Shown here: positions 13,451 to 26,433 of the stretch, in pieces | Numbering within the stretch: the stretch's first letter is position 1 | Layout of the letters: each line of letters starts with the position of its first letter | Source of the DNA: Mobula hypostoma | Lineage: Eukaryota | Length of the DNA stretch: 64,000 nt | Direction: 5' to 3' | NCBI RefSeq assembly: GCF_963921235.1 | Contig: NC_086124.1 | Coordinates: 24,242,001-24,306,000, forward strand | Program-made: the position numbers and the translations under genes | Notes under the pieces: model-generated | The model's database searches: none | The model's input: only the letters and a program-made list of their open reading frames with translations | What the model was told of the DNA's origin: nothing

Positions 13451-13468
13451 TGGTGTCAGAAGTAGGAT
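13451..13468 (+). other. Primer-binding site, tRNA-Leu type
   Basis: TGGTGTCAGAAGTAGGAT just 3' of the 5' LTR. Near-complement of the tRNA-Leu 3' end (ATCCCACTTCTGACACCA). Confidence 0.8.
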
Positions 13469-13628
13469 ACCTTCGTGACCCGTCATGTGGCCAGCGTTCC
13501 TAGCAGTCTTAAGTTGGTGAGTATTTTTCTGAAATAACACTCACACTTGGATCTGTTCGGTTGGTGGACACACGGGAACACGAGGTATCACGAATGTGGA
13601 GAGCTGAACTGGTAGATATTAAAGTAGT

Positions 13629-15320
13629 GTGTGCGTGTGCACGTGTGTTTATATAAGTGAGGAATCTTTGCATGTTAACTTGGTGAGACTTGAACCACCA
13701 GTTGCGAAAGCTGATAACCAATGGTACGGTTCGAGACGCCAGAGTAGGGGCGTCTGTACTCGTTCGGGAAGCCGCATTTTAGTATATGTGTTTGCAAGTG
13801 TGATGCAAAGGAATACAGCGGGCATCATGAGTTCAGGTACTCAAAAGTGGCAAGTTGTGGAATACATACTCTGCGGTTTTAAGTATGTACTGTTTAACTG
13901 CTACCCGTCTTTTATATTTTGCATAGTGTGGGAATTAGTGTGGGGATATCTCAGGAAGAGGTTTTACCCAGATAAATCTACCAGAATGGCACCTATTGAG
14001 GTCAGGCAATGTCAGGTTGAGAACCCTGATGATCCGAGCCAGCCCTTGACCTTGATTACGACTATTCATAAGCCCTTCACCCCCAGGGAGAAACAGAGCA
14101 TTTTGTCCGGGTTGCCCTCACTTAAAGTTGCCTGTGGGAATTCACAGTTCTGGCGCAGACTGGAGGAAATGGTTGAAATTCACCAGATGCACCCTAAAGA
14201 TATACATGTGTTAGTGAAAGCAAAGTGACTGAGGAATATGTGGGACAGGATGGCCCCGGGGGTGCAGGATGGAACATGGTCAACTACTGGGAGCACCAGT
14301 AATGAAGAAAGATATCGCTGTCTTAAAGGGGAAGTGAGGCAGCGGCTGGGAGGAGGCAAGAGTAACTGGGGAACGATAATGGCAGTGATTCAAAAAGCTG
14401 ACGAGACAGCCATGGATTATGCAGAACATAAGTATCAAGTGTACGAGGAGTATTCAGGGTTGGATAATCCAGGGAGGGACGACCCAGTCTTCCTAAAAAT
14501 GCTGAAGGAAGGCCTGAGCTCAGCCCACCGAGAAGTTTTAGATTTAGGCATAACGGTAGGGTCCACCTACTCTGTGATAGTTTCATGGGCCAGTGAGATA
14601 GACCACAGAAAAGGCAAGAGAAATCGTAAAGTGGGTATAGTGGATGCAGCTGCGATGTCCTGGAGAGCTTGTTTTGCTTGCCAGTAGCTGGGGCACCTAG
14701 CAAAGGACTGCCGTACCAGGTATAAGACACTGAAGGAGTTGATATGCTACAGCTGTGGCCTATTGGGACATGGCTGGAGACAGTGTCCAAAAGTGTGGGG
14801 GAAAACCCAGCTGAAGGTCACGGCATACACCCAGTCACTCACCCCATCAGCAAACAGTTTGACTGTCGATCAGATTAAAGAGTTAGTAACGGCGCCTCTT
14901 AAGGCAGAAAAAGATGTCGCAGCGGGCTCCACTGGCAGCGCTGGTGATTCACAGATGTACACAATAGTATTATTAGGGGGATGGCAATGCAATATGTTAG
15001 TGGACAAAGGGGCATCAGTATCGATAACAGACTTACTCTTAGCAACAATGGGACAGGCCAGTTATATCAGTGATGTAAGAGGGAAAATAGTAAAAGCAGA
15101 AAGAAGCGGGAAGCAAATACTAGAAATTGGGGGAGTGCAGCTTCCAGTGTATTTCTGGGTATGTCCAAATAATGAGGGCACGATCCTTGGAATAGTCATC
15201 CTAAGGGAAGCAGGAGCTGTTATAGATTTGGGAAAGGGAGAAATAAAATGGACGATTCGGGGGCAGCAAATGCATACAACCAACAGAATCCACAAGCAAG
15301 GTAAAGATAAACCCAGTTAA
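13629..15320 (+). pseudogene. gag: gag (CA-like, two CCHC) and aspartic protease, broken by stops
   Basis: WGTIMAVIQKADETAMDYAEHK...YSGL; CFACQ*LGHLAKDC; CYSCGLLGHGWRQC; MLVDKGAS (degenerate DTGA). Confidence 0.85.
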
Positions 15321-15672
15321 AATAGAGGAGGGTCTGTATAAACCCCCTAAGCAGGACCCTATTCAAACTGACACACTGACTGCTGTTCAGGGTAAAGCAA
15401 AGGAACAAAAACACCAGACAATACTCAGAGAGACTGCGGCCACTCCAGAACATAAAGTTTTCCCAGTTCCTCCTAGGGCAGACATTACTGCGAATAAGGC
15501 AAGAGAGGAACAAGAGGCAATTGAGATTGCAAGTGTGCAGGAGGAAACGACAGAAGCCAGCTGAGTAAAATTATATGGAGAGGTAGAGGCAGAAGAGAGG
15601 GAACAATGGAGGAGAAAAGGAGCAAAGGAGGGACCAGACGGGTGCTGGACACACGGGGAGGAAAGAGTCACG

Positions 15673-16749
15673 GTGGCCCCACCCTGTATTAGACCGATAC
15701 TACTGAAGTTTTATCATGGGGCGATGCATCAGGGAAGGCAGAGCATGATCACAACCCTCCAGCAGGACTGGTGGTGGCCAGGGATGGGCAGGGATGTTGA
15801 GAAATTCTGCCCATGTTGTATCATTTGTGCCCAGCATAACCCTGGTAAGGGCAGAAAGCTACAGCTGGCAAATCAGCCTCGGCCGAGGGGACCCTGGGAA
15901 AACATCCAGATAGACTTCACAGGGCCCCTGCCAAAAAGCAGAGGGAAAAGTTGCTGTCTAGTAATCCTGGATCACTTCACTCGGTGGGTAGAGGCTTTCC
16001 CAACAAGGGACTGCACCACCCACACCGCTGCACAAATCCTAGTTCAGGAAATCCTCCCAAGGTGGGGAACCCCAGTTCAGGTGGATTCAGATCAGGGAGC
16101 ACATTTCACAGGGAAAGTGATGAAGGAAATGTGCCAACTACTGGGGATTCGACAACGTTTCCACGTACCCTACCAGCCCCAGAGTTCAGGGATGGTAGAA
16201 AGGATGAACAAAACAATGAAGAATGCGTTAGCCAAAGCTATAGCTGAGACAGGAAAGACATGGGTTGATGTATTACCAGGAATCTTGATGAGATTGCGTG
16301 CAACCCCGAACCGCACTTTGGGTCTCAGCCCCTGCGAATTATTGATGGGGCGAGCAATGCGACTCCCTTATGGGGTAATTACGGGTTGTGGGGAGCCTGG
16401 GGCTTACAGGGATAGAATGACCCAATATGTGAAAAACCTTTGTAACCAACTTAAAGTATTAAAGGACCAAGCGAAACAACAACAGTGAGTCACTGATCAG
16501 AAAGAGCCAGAGGGAAAGGGGATAGTCCTTCCACAGCCTGGCGACCAGGTTATGGTGAGGGTGCTGCCAGAAAGGCCAGAGTTTGCCCCCAGGTGGATAG
16601 GACCACGGACAGTACTCTTAACCAATGATACGTGTGTCTGTGTACAGACTCAGCGAGGCAGCCAGTGGAAACACTGGACTCAGGTTAAAGCATACAACTC
16701 ACCCTCTTGTTGCTCCCACAGACAGTGGGGAACCAAGTGTACACAGTAA
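15673..16749 (+). pseudogene. Retroviral-type integrase (HHCC, DDE core, C-terminal PRWxGP motif), split in two ORFs
   Basis: HGAMHQG...CIIC; IQIDFTGP; VDSDQGAHF; PQSSGMVERMN; PRWIGPRTVLLT. Confidence 0.92.
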
Positions 16750-18183
16750 CCATATAATCATGTAATTACAGAGAACCAAAGAGAGGAGCAGCAGCTGGCC
16801 ATGCCAGACCTGACCACAGCTGATGGAAACATACTCGGAGAAAATGCAAGGGCAGAAAACGCCGAGAGCATAGCAGAAGACACTGAGAATGTGTTGGAAA
16901 ACCATGAATAGCCTGCTACAGTGTGATGATGATGGTACTCTGTAAAGAAGGCTGGTTGCTGAAGGTAGATGATTAATTTTATAGCATAATATAGACATTT
17001 ATTGGGAAATAGATGGGGAGGGTTTTTGAGTTAAAGCAGAGACGGCAAGTTCCACCACTTCGATGGCATTTCAGACTGCACTCGGTATCTGAAAGCAGTC
17101 ACCCCAGTCTGAGGAGCTGGGCCCTTTTCAGCAGTTGGGCCAGTGATCGACCGGACACTTTGGAAGGGGGTGCCACTGGGGAGAGTGGGCAGACACTTAC
17201 GTAGAGGCCACCCCAACCCCTTCCTGTACATCAATGAGAGAGCCTGTGGGTGCTCCTGGAAGGAGAGTTTCAGCGACCAAAGATAAAGGGCTGAAGACAA
17301 ATGAATGTAATTAAGCTGCAGTCAGTCTGCAGGGAAAGAGCAGGCACACCAAAGGAGCCATATTCCTAAAGACTTGGAACAGCCTCTCTGCTTAACATTT
17401 GGTAAGTAGCAATTAGGTAATGCTAGGATAGATATCGAGGTACATAAAATTGGGGAGGAATTTCGAGACAGGGCATTTTTGCTGCCCTATTTGAGCAGAT
17501 CCTCCTAGGTTGGCCTTTCCTGATACAAATTTAATTTTTGTGCAGGAAGGCCAAGAAGAGGGACTGTTAGTGAGTTTTTTTTTGGGTAGATGATTTGTTT
17601 ACACTTAAATGACTTTGGCCACCAGACTTCTATTTTAACAGTTTGACAAAGGACTGTGGATTGAGTCCACCACAATGGGCTTCCTAAAAGGTGTGAATAC
17701 CAGATGCTTCTGGCGCCGTAGTTTGACCTAATGCTGTAGTTTCGAAGACAATATTATCTATACATCAAAAATATTGTCTTCTATGTTAGCACGGGAAATG
17801 TCAAATAAATGTATCGTAGACTTAACTTAAATTCCTAAAGGCTGTGGATACCAACCCAGACATGTTGGCGTCGGAAGGAAAGGATGGTGTGATATTTTGT
17901 ATGTAGATTCAATAGGAAGCATTGTCTATGCATTGTCTATAACTCTTTAAGTAGTGATTGCCTTTGTGTTTAGCATATAAATATCGAGCCCACACTGAGC
18001 TAGCAGACCTTTCTGTGGAAAGCGTCTCCGTCCGTAAGATGCCTGCTGTACCTTGTTGTGTCGAATAAAGAAGCTGCTTTGTATCTACCAGTGACTCTGT
18101 CTCTCTGGTGATTTCATCCACGCTACAACAGCCCCTTCACTGTCCAGGTCATGCACTTTTCTCACTGCTGCGATCGGGTAGAA

Positions 18184-18401
18184 CAGGGTCCCCAAACTGT
18201 TTTGCACTGCGGACTGGTTTGATATTGACAATATTCTTGCGGACCGGCCGACGGTGGGCTGGGCAGGGGGGTTGTTGGTGTACAAGTTCAACAGTGCGTG
18301 ATAGGGAATGAGGAAAAGTGCAGCTGACTCATATAATTTCATATCACCAAATCATACTGTTTCCTCGCACATGCTTTGCGGCTGGTGGTTGGGAACCACT
18401 G
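18184..18401. mobile_element. Short hAT MITE
   Basis: CAGGGTCCCCAAAC ... GGTTGGGAACCACTG. TSD GGGTAGAA/AGGTAGAA. Twin at about 56545-56762. Confidence 0.8.
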
Positions 18402-19992
18402 AGGTAGAAGGTACAGGTGCTTCAGGACTGGCGCCACCAGGTTCAAGAACAATTAGTATCCCTCAAACTTCAGGCTGTTGAACAAGAGGGGATAGCTACA
18501 CTCACTTAAGGACTCTGTTATATTGTTATTTCATGCTCATTATTTATTGCTATTTATTTGTATCTGCATTTGCACAGTTTATTTATAATTAACAATTCCT
18601 GATGTTTGCAGTTGCTGTCCTATAGATTTTCCAAGTATGCTTGCAGACAATGAATCTCAGGGCTGTATGTGCTGACATGTATGTACTCTGATAATCAATT
18701 TTATTTTGACTTTGAGATCAGAGGAGAATGTCCAAACTGGTTCAAGCTGACTCAGCGGTAACTCAAATAACCATGCATTACAATAGTGGTGTGCAGACGA
18801 GCATCTCTGAATGCACAAACTGTCGAACCTTGAAGTGGATGAGCTACAGCAGCAAAACAGCATGAACATATACTCAGTGTCTATTTTATTAGGTACAGGA
18901 GATGTGTAATAAAGTGGCCACTGAGTGTGAGTTGGTGTTTGTGTGTGTTTGTGTTTAATGTCCATACTCAAGGTCTGGTCTCCAGTTGCATTGGAATTCC
19001 TCACCATTGACCAAGACATCACTCTTGTCAACATCATGTACAAGAGCCATTCCACATTAAAAATATTCACAATCTGAGGTAGCATGTCATCTTCAGCCTA
19101 AGAAGCATTACTCATAAAAAAAAATTGGTATTATGCAAGTAATTCTAATATTCAAAGTTCATTTATTATCAAAGTTTATATACAGAAAACATTTCTGCAA
19201 GGTATAGCATTCTGTGCTGAAGCGACCGGGATCACTTCCGGGGTGAGTGTGGCTCCCGATTTTTATTGAAAATCTACCTGTTTATCTTTGCCGTATGCTC
19301 GAGATCACTGAATATTTACCATTGTGAACAACGCGGGACATAGCTGGACATTGAAATGGCAAGTAGAATGTACTTTCGAAGTAAAATTGGGGAAAAAGAT
19401 AGCGAAGCCTCGAGCAAGATGACGGATGTTACAGTAATGGCGCCGTCGCACGCTACTGGAGCTGGACCCGGACCTGCGCTACCCGATGACTCGGAGAAGC
19501 TTCGTTTAGTACTTCTTACTGACATGACGCAAGCGATGCATTCTGCCCTAAAAAGAGAACTTGAAGATGCTTTATCACCAGTGACTGCTACTATGGAACA
19601 AATTATGTCTTCCTACGAGTCACAAGACGAACGCATTCGTGGGGTTGAAGACGGCCTGAATGATTACAGTGACCGACTGGTGAGCGCCGAAGCCGCCATT
19701 GCAGCGTTGCAGAGCGAAAAAGCATTTCTGAAGAGAAAGCGTGATGGCCTCGAAAATCGGTCGCGGAGATCCAATTTGAGAGTGGTCGGCATTCCTGAAA
19801 ATTTGGAAGGTTCGAACCCTGCTAAATTTATGACCGAGTTTTTTAACGAAGTGCTGGGGACAAATTTTTTCCCAAGTCCTCTCGTACTTTCGCGTGCTCA
19901 CCGAGACGGACGTAAACCATCCGGTGTGTCTGGAGCCAAGCAAACGAGACCAAGAACGTTCCTGATTTGCTTTCACTTCTTTCAAGATAAGC

Positions 19993-20564
19993 TGTTGTTG
20001 TTTGTTGTTCGTCCATCATACGTCAATGAGGACCTCGACACCATTATTGATGGTGTCGAGGCTAGCGCGTGACTTGGATTTAAGTGAGGGAGAATTGCGC
20101 AGCGTCAGCCTCACTCTCTCTTCCCAATTCCCATCTGGATCCAGTGGCAAGACAGAGTCGAGACGGCTGGAAACGGGACTAGGCGCAGTAGATGACCAGG
20201 ACGCCTTTTGTGTCTTGTCCTGCTCAACACGTTCCACGACGCTTGCAGAGACCGCCTTCTTGACCGTTGGACCTTCCATTGGTCTCGTCCGCTCAATCCG
20301 CCGGAGTCTGTCTTCACATGCTGGGATAGACAACACCCTATCTCACCGAGGGTTTGAGACCCGTCGGCTACCCTCACCTGGTTTAGCCGGCTTGTCGAAG
20401 CCGTTGCCCGGGGTGTGGCCACTGTCGCATGCAAACAGCTACGGGGAGCCACAGGTGAGAGCTGAGTGCCAGGTGGGGACCAAAGGTGGAGTAACCGCCT
20501 TAAAAAGGATGCGACATGTTACCCCACCAGAGGTGCTACCCCCCCCGACACCCCATACACCCCT
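19993..20564 (-). mobile_element. Short retroposon, probably an RTE-related SINE, inserted in L1 ORF1
   Basis: 9-bp TSD AAGATAAGC (19984-19992, 20565-20573). (CAA)n-like tail. ...CCCTCACTTAAATCC... 3' motif resembling RTE-derived SINEs; family call is from memory. Confidence 0.6.
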
Positions 20565-20590
20565 AAGATAAGCAACGCATCAATAGACGG

Positions 20591-21434
20591 TGTTACGTAC
20601 CCCGTAACTGGGTTGCCAAACCAGCAGAAATGGATCACTCAGTTGGAGTCTGGAGTACTAGAACTAAGAAAGTTTTATTAAAGAAACAAGCAATACAGTA
20701 ATCGAAAGGATAATAAATGCAACAGTTCAGCGATGATAAACACACATGTGCACAGAATTAAGATAACAGCATCAATCAAGCTCTATCGTTGTCTAGGGGT
20801 AAATGACCAAATTTCAAAGTGACTCAAAGTTCAGTTCGCAGTAATCGTTGCCATGGCGATGGACAACGTGGGGGGAAGAGAGAGATAGAACAGGAACAAC
20901 TGATCATTCAGAACGGCTTCACTCACAGACCGGCGAGATGGCTCACAAGCAACTTTTGGGTGGGTCCTTGGTGATGTCACCTGAGGTCACCGACTGTGAC
21001 CCCTCCTCCAGATGCGGTCGATCCTCTGCAGTGAACCCGGCATCCAGGCAAGGGCGGACACACACCGGGTTCCCGCTGATCGTACCTTTCCACCCTGGTC
21101 GTTGTCTGATACTTCTCACCCACTCGTGAGAGGCGCACCGCTTCCAGGGTCTCGTTACCTCGGGTGGCGTGTGAGTCTGTCTTAGCGAACCGGTCCCCTT
21201 TTATCCCCCTGCTGGGGTATCGCCTGTCCATCACTTCAAACAGTTCAGGGTTTAAAGGGGGGAGCCGCTCCAGACAGCTCTCTCTCCCACGTCCCTTCAT
21301 TACACATCTCCAGACGCTGCTCCATTGTTCCTTATCTCTCCTTCCCCTGAGGGCAGGTGGCAGACCAACTGCTGATGCCACTGATGCTAGCCCAGGCCAG
21401 CAAACATCTTAATTTTATGTGTATTCTCGTCACA
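20591..21434 (-). mobile_element. Solo LTR (Gypsy-type) inserted in L1 ORF1
   Basis: TGT...ACA ends. 4-bp TSD ACGG. Same family as 60218-61075. ORF1 resumes after it (KQELYFRGHRVLFYEDFSAEL). Confidence 0.92.
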
Positions 21435-24400
21435 ACGGAAGCAGGAGCTGTATTTCCGCGGACACCGCGTGTTGTTTTATGAAGATTTTAGTGCGGAGCT
21501 GGGTAAAAAATGAGCAGCTTTCAAGGTGAAATCCCTGCTTTACGGGAAAGGGGTCAGGTTTGGCCGCTTGTATCCTGCCCAGCTCCAGGTCATGCATGAA
21601 GGTGAAAAGCATTATTTCGATACACCAGAGGCGGCCAAAGAGTTTCACCATTCGCACTAGGGAGAAGAAGAAGGAGAAGAGCAATGACCTTTTTTTTAGG
21701 TTATTCATGCAGCATTGAAGGGGCCTCATGCCGAAGCAAACTGTTAATTTTCACAATCCACTTCTTTGTCCATTTTTTCCAGTTTAATTTGTGGAACGCG
21801 ATCGGGTGGAACTGCTATGTTGCCGAAACTGATTAATAAAAACTTTCAACCAGCAAAATGTAAATATTTGGGATTTGAATCTCGGGTGTTTAAGTTGTCC
21901 AGGGTTTCTTTTTTGTTTTTAATGCTTAGCTTGACCTGTGTTGTCTTTAGCCTATATGTTATATTAAAGGTAGTATAAGTGATAGGATAAATGTTAAGGA
22001 GGGGAGCCACCCTGGATTAGATTGAAAGTTGGGCTGTATGGGGAACGCCTTGGAAGTTTTTTGCCTGCCATCATCCTCAATTGGGGAGGTAGATCTATGT
22101 TTCGGGGGTTAATTGGGTTTTTTTGTTGTTTGTGTAAAGGGGTGGGGGTAGTGTGTTGGGGGATTACCATGGCAGTTTATTCTTTTGTGTGTTACGGATT
22201 GATCAGATTTTCTTTTCATTGTGCGTTATTGTGTGCAATTTATGCCCTCACACTGTTTTGGATTGTAGGCCCTGTGTGTCTTTTGATATGGGTAACGTGA
22301 GTGCTGATGATGGAGGCCACCCTGTGAGGTTTATTTCTTGGAATGTAAAGGGGCTCAATGGTCCGGTTAAAAGTTCTAAAGTTTTCTCTCATCTGAAACA
22401 ATTAAAAGCAGATAGACTATTTCTACAAGAGACACATTTAAGAGTGGAGGACCATAATAGACCTCGTAAAGCATGGATTAGTCAGGTTTTTCATTCCAGA
22501 TTTAATAGTAGGTCCAGTGGGGTGGCAATATTATTCACCAAAAGAATGCAGTTCACACCATCTGATGTAATCAGTGACCATAATGGTCGCTTTATTATAG
22601 TCTCTGGCTCTCTCTTTCAGATAGCTGTTATTTTGGTAAATGTTTATGCTAATTGGGACGACGTCCAATTTGCAAATAAGGTTTTGTCATTAATACCTAA
22701 CCTGAATACACATAAGCTAATCTTTACCGGAGATTTGAACTGTGCTATTGACCCACTGCTTGATAGGTCTTGCCCTAGGGGAACATTTTCTGGTATGACA
22801 AAGGCCTTCTCGATGTTTATGCAACAAAATGGTTATATGGATCCTTGGAGATTTTTGAATCCATCAGTTAGGCAATTCTCTTTCTTTTCTCATGTTCACC
22901 ACTCCTATTCCAGGCTAGACTATTTCTTTATAGATAACTCCTTGATACCAATGATTAGACAAATTGAATACATTGCTATAGTTATATCTGATCACTTGCC
23001 TGTGAAACTGGACCTATGTTTTCCTTTAAACGTTAGAGAACGGCCTCTGTGGAGACTTAGCCCCCTTTTTGCTTTCTAATGAGAAATTTTGTAGTTACAT
23101 ATCGGCTAACATTGACACATTCTTTGAGACTAACAAAACTGAGTCGGTATCGTACTCTTTACTTCGGGAAACTTTAAAAGCTTACTTGAGGGGTCAAATA
23201 ATATCTCATACTTCACATGCCAATAAAGAGCGTAGGAAGAAAATGCAAGTGTTATTGCAATCTATTTTGGACTTGGATAGAAAATACTCTGAGGCACCCA
23301 CTGCAGAATTATATAAAAGCCGGGTTGATTTGCAAGCGAAGTTTAATCTTCTACCTACAAACCTATCAGAAGAATTAATTCTTAAGACACGTGGCCTCTA
23401 TTATGAATATGGTGACAAGGCGAGCCGGCTTATGGCTCATCAGTTGAAACATCAAGCTGCATCACGACTTATTCCCCAGATAAGAGACACACACCAGAAC
23501 TTGACAAGCAATCCAAAAGAGATTAATAACATCTTTGCAACTTTTTATTCCTCTCTGTATGCCTCAGAGTTCCCCTCAGATAAAACAAATATGGAACGTT
23601 TTTTAGATAATTTGGAAATACCAACTCTTGAACCAGAGGAGGTGGAGAGCCTAGATCGGGCTCTTGGGCAGAAAGAGATTAATAACGCTATTATGGCTAT
23701 GCAGAGTGGTGAGTCCCCAGGTCCTAATGGTTATCCAATAGAATTTTATAAGAAATTTAAGGATAAACTCATACCGGTCCTTCTAGAAGTGTTTCAGGAA
23801 TCTTTGGAGAACGGCTCCTTACCCCCTACTCTTTCATAGGCATCTATTTCACTTCTTCTTCAAAAGGACAAGAACCTGACTCAATATGGATCATATCACC
23901 CCATCTCACTATTGAACGTAGATGTGAAAATTTTGGCTAAAGTGCTTGCATGCCGTTTAGAACGTCCCCTTCCCAAGATAATTTCAGATGATCAAACAGA
24001 TTTTATTAAAATTCGCTATTTTTTTTAATATCCGTCAACTGGCTGATGTGGTTTATTCACCCAGTGATTCTCCAAGTCCAGAGGTTGTTATCCCCTTGGA
24101 TGCGGAGAAGGCGTTTGATAGAGTGGAGTGGGTATACTTGTTTAGTGTTTTGGAGAAATTTGGATTTGGCAGAATATTTATAGCTTGGGTTAAGCTATTA
24201 TACCACTCGCCTTTAGCATGTATACAGACAAATAATTTTCGATCTATTTCCCATTAACACGTGGCACTCACCAAGGCTGCCCATTGTCCCCTCTTCTTTT
24301 TGCAATTGCAATTGAGCCTCTTTCTATTGCACTTGTCAACTACATGATTTCAAGGTGTTAGGAGAGGCGACATGGAACACCGTGTATCCCTATATGCTGA

Positions 24401-26433
24401 TGACCTCTTACTTTACGTTAGCGACCCTGCAGGTAGCAGTCCTGCTATTGTGTCATTATTAGGTCAATTTGGAGCCTTCTCTGGCTATAAACTGAACTTT
24501 CAAAAAGCAAATGCTTTCCCGTTAATAACTTGGCCCTAGAGATCCGACAGGAATCTTTGCCTTTTCCTGTATCTCAAGATGGTTTTGTATACCTAGGAAT
24601 ACATATTACGCGCTCTTTTACATCTCTGTTTGAAGCTAACTATAGGCCTCAGGTTAGCCAAATGAAGGCTGATTTCGGGAGATGGCGCAGTTTACCCCTT
24701 ACTATAGCTGGGAGAATTTAGTCAGTGAAAATGACTATACTTCCTAGATTTCTTTACTTGTTTCAGTATTTGCCAGTTTTCTTATCTAAGTTATTTTTTA
24801 AATCAGTCGACCAAGCTATAACCTCCTTTATTTGGGAAAATAAGGTCCCAAGGGTTAATAAGCACACTCTCCAAAGAGGTCGTGACGTAGGTAGAATGGG
24901 TCTTCCCAGCTTTATTCATTATTACTGGGCATCAAACATTCAAAAAGTATTATTTTGGCTCCACCAGCCAGATATAATCTGGTGCCTGCTTGAGTCACGG
25001 TCTTGCCACTCCTCGTCTCTCCCAGCTTTGGTGTATTCTTCCTTACCATTGAAATCCTCTCAATTCACATCTAACCCGGTCGTGCTCTCCAGCCTCAAAA
25101 TTTTTAATCAATTTCGCTGCCGCTATAAGTTCATATCAGCTTCAGTTTGCGGCCCCATTCATAAAAACCATTTATTTCCTCCCTCCACATTCGATTCAGC
25201 TTTCAGACAATGGGGTTTGAACGGTTTTATGCTCATTAAGGTTTTGTATACTGATAACATATTTGATAGTTTTGATAACCTGCACGGTAAGTATGGCCTT
25301 CCGCATAATCATTTTTTTAAATACCTACAGATTCGCCACTTTGTCAAGGAAAAATTTCCCTCTTTTCCTGATCTACCACCTGCTATGTTATGGGAAAAGC
25401 TCACTCTTAGCTTTAACAATAAAGGGCTGATCTCTGAACTATACTCTCAGCTGATGTCTTTGGGAGTTCAAGATCTAAACAAAACTAAGAGTAGGTGGGA
25501 GGATGACCTCAGTATGGATCTGGCGGAGGAATATTGGGCAAAACTATTGAATAAAGTTCATTTCTCATCATCATGTGCTAGACTGGGGCTCATACAATTT
25601 AAAGTTTTACACAGGGTACATTTAAGTAAAGCCAGACTGGTAGACATATACCCTGGGACAGACGCTGGCTGTGACAGGTGTTCCTTCTCTCCGGCTGGTT
25701 TAGTACATGCATTTTGGTCATGCCCTCGGCTTGATAACTATTGGGCACTGGTTTTTTAAATTATCAGTGAGGTTTTGGGGATGACACTGAGACCTTGCCC
25801 GCTTATAGCTGTATTTGGTGTGGCAGATGATGATTTGGGTTTAAATGCAAGCCAGTCGGATATCATTGCATTTACATCGCTATTGGCCCGTAGGACAATT
25901 TTGCTGGTTTGGAAATCTGCCACTCCCCCAACTGCTGCTGCTTGGTTAGAAGATGTAATGTTTTTTTCTGAAATTAGAAAAGATTAAGTTCACTTTGAGG
26001 GGGTCTGTGAAAAAGTTCTATTCAAAATGAGGACCTTCCTTATCATATTTTGGGAGTCTTAAGGAATTACCTACTAGTTGAGGGCATTTGATTGTACTTG
26101 GGAAGTATTCCTCCCATTTAACACGCTTATAATTTACCTCACAGGGTGGTTGATGAATTGTAAATATAAGTGTATTTTGGATCATCTGACATGTTGCAGA
26201 TGTGTGTGAGCCGTCGTCTTGAAGTAGTTTGGGGGTATGGTTGTGAAATGTCCGTACTTGTATTTGTGAATTGTTGTGTTGTAAATATATTAGCTGCCAT
26301 GATATGTTCGGGGAGGGCGGGTGGGGGGGGAGGTTTGCTTTGGGGGTACAATACTAAAGCAAAATGGAGGAAAATATAATCCATTATTTATTCTGTATTG
26401 TGTCATCCCTTCAATAAAAATAAAAAAACAAAA

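Larger units (their letters stand above)
12890..18127 (+). mobile_element. LTR retroelement (ERV-like): gag-PR-(RT deleted)-RNaseH remnant-IN
   Basis: Two TG...CA LTRs (12890-13445, 17565-18127), PBS and a polypurine tract before 17565. Contains gag with two CCHC knuckles, protease and DDE integrase. No clear TSD. Confidence 0.92.
19234..26433 (+). mobile_element. Full-length but decayed L1-clade LINE
   Basis: ORF1 from 19356 (LENRSRRSNLRVVGIPE). ORF2 from ATG 22288: endonuclease (SWNVKGLN), RT and C-terminal CDRC..HAFWSC, with several frameshifts. A-rich tail. TSD GCGACCGGGATC (19222-19233, 26437-26448). Empty site visible at about 55720. Confidence 0.96.

Noticed and set aside
20002-20571. 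189-aa ORF and overlapping ORFs
   Set aside because: Confined to a GC-rich SINE-like insertion; no domain recognised.
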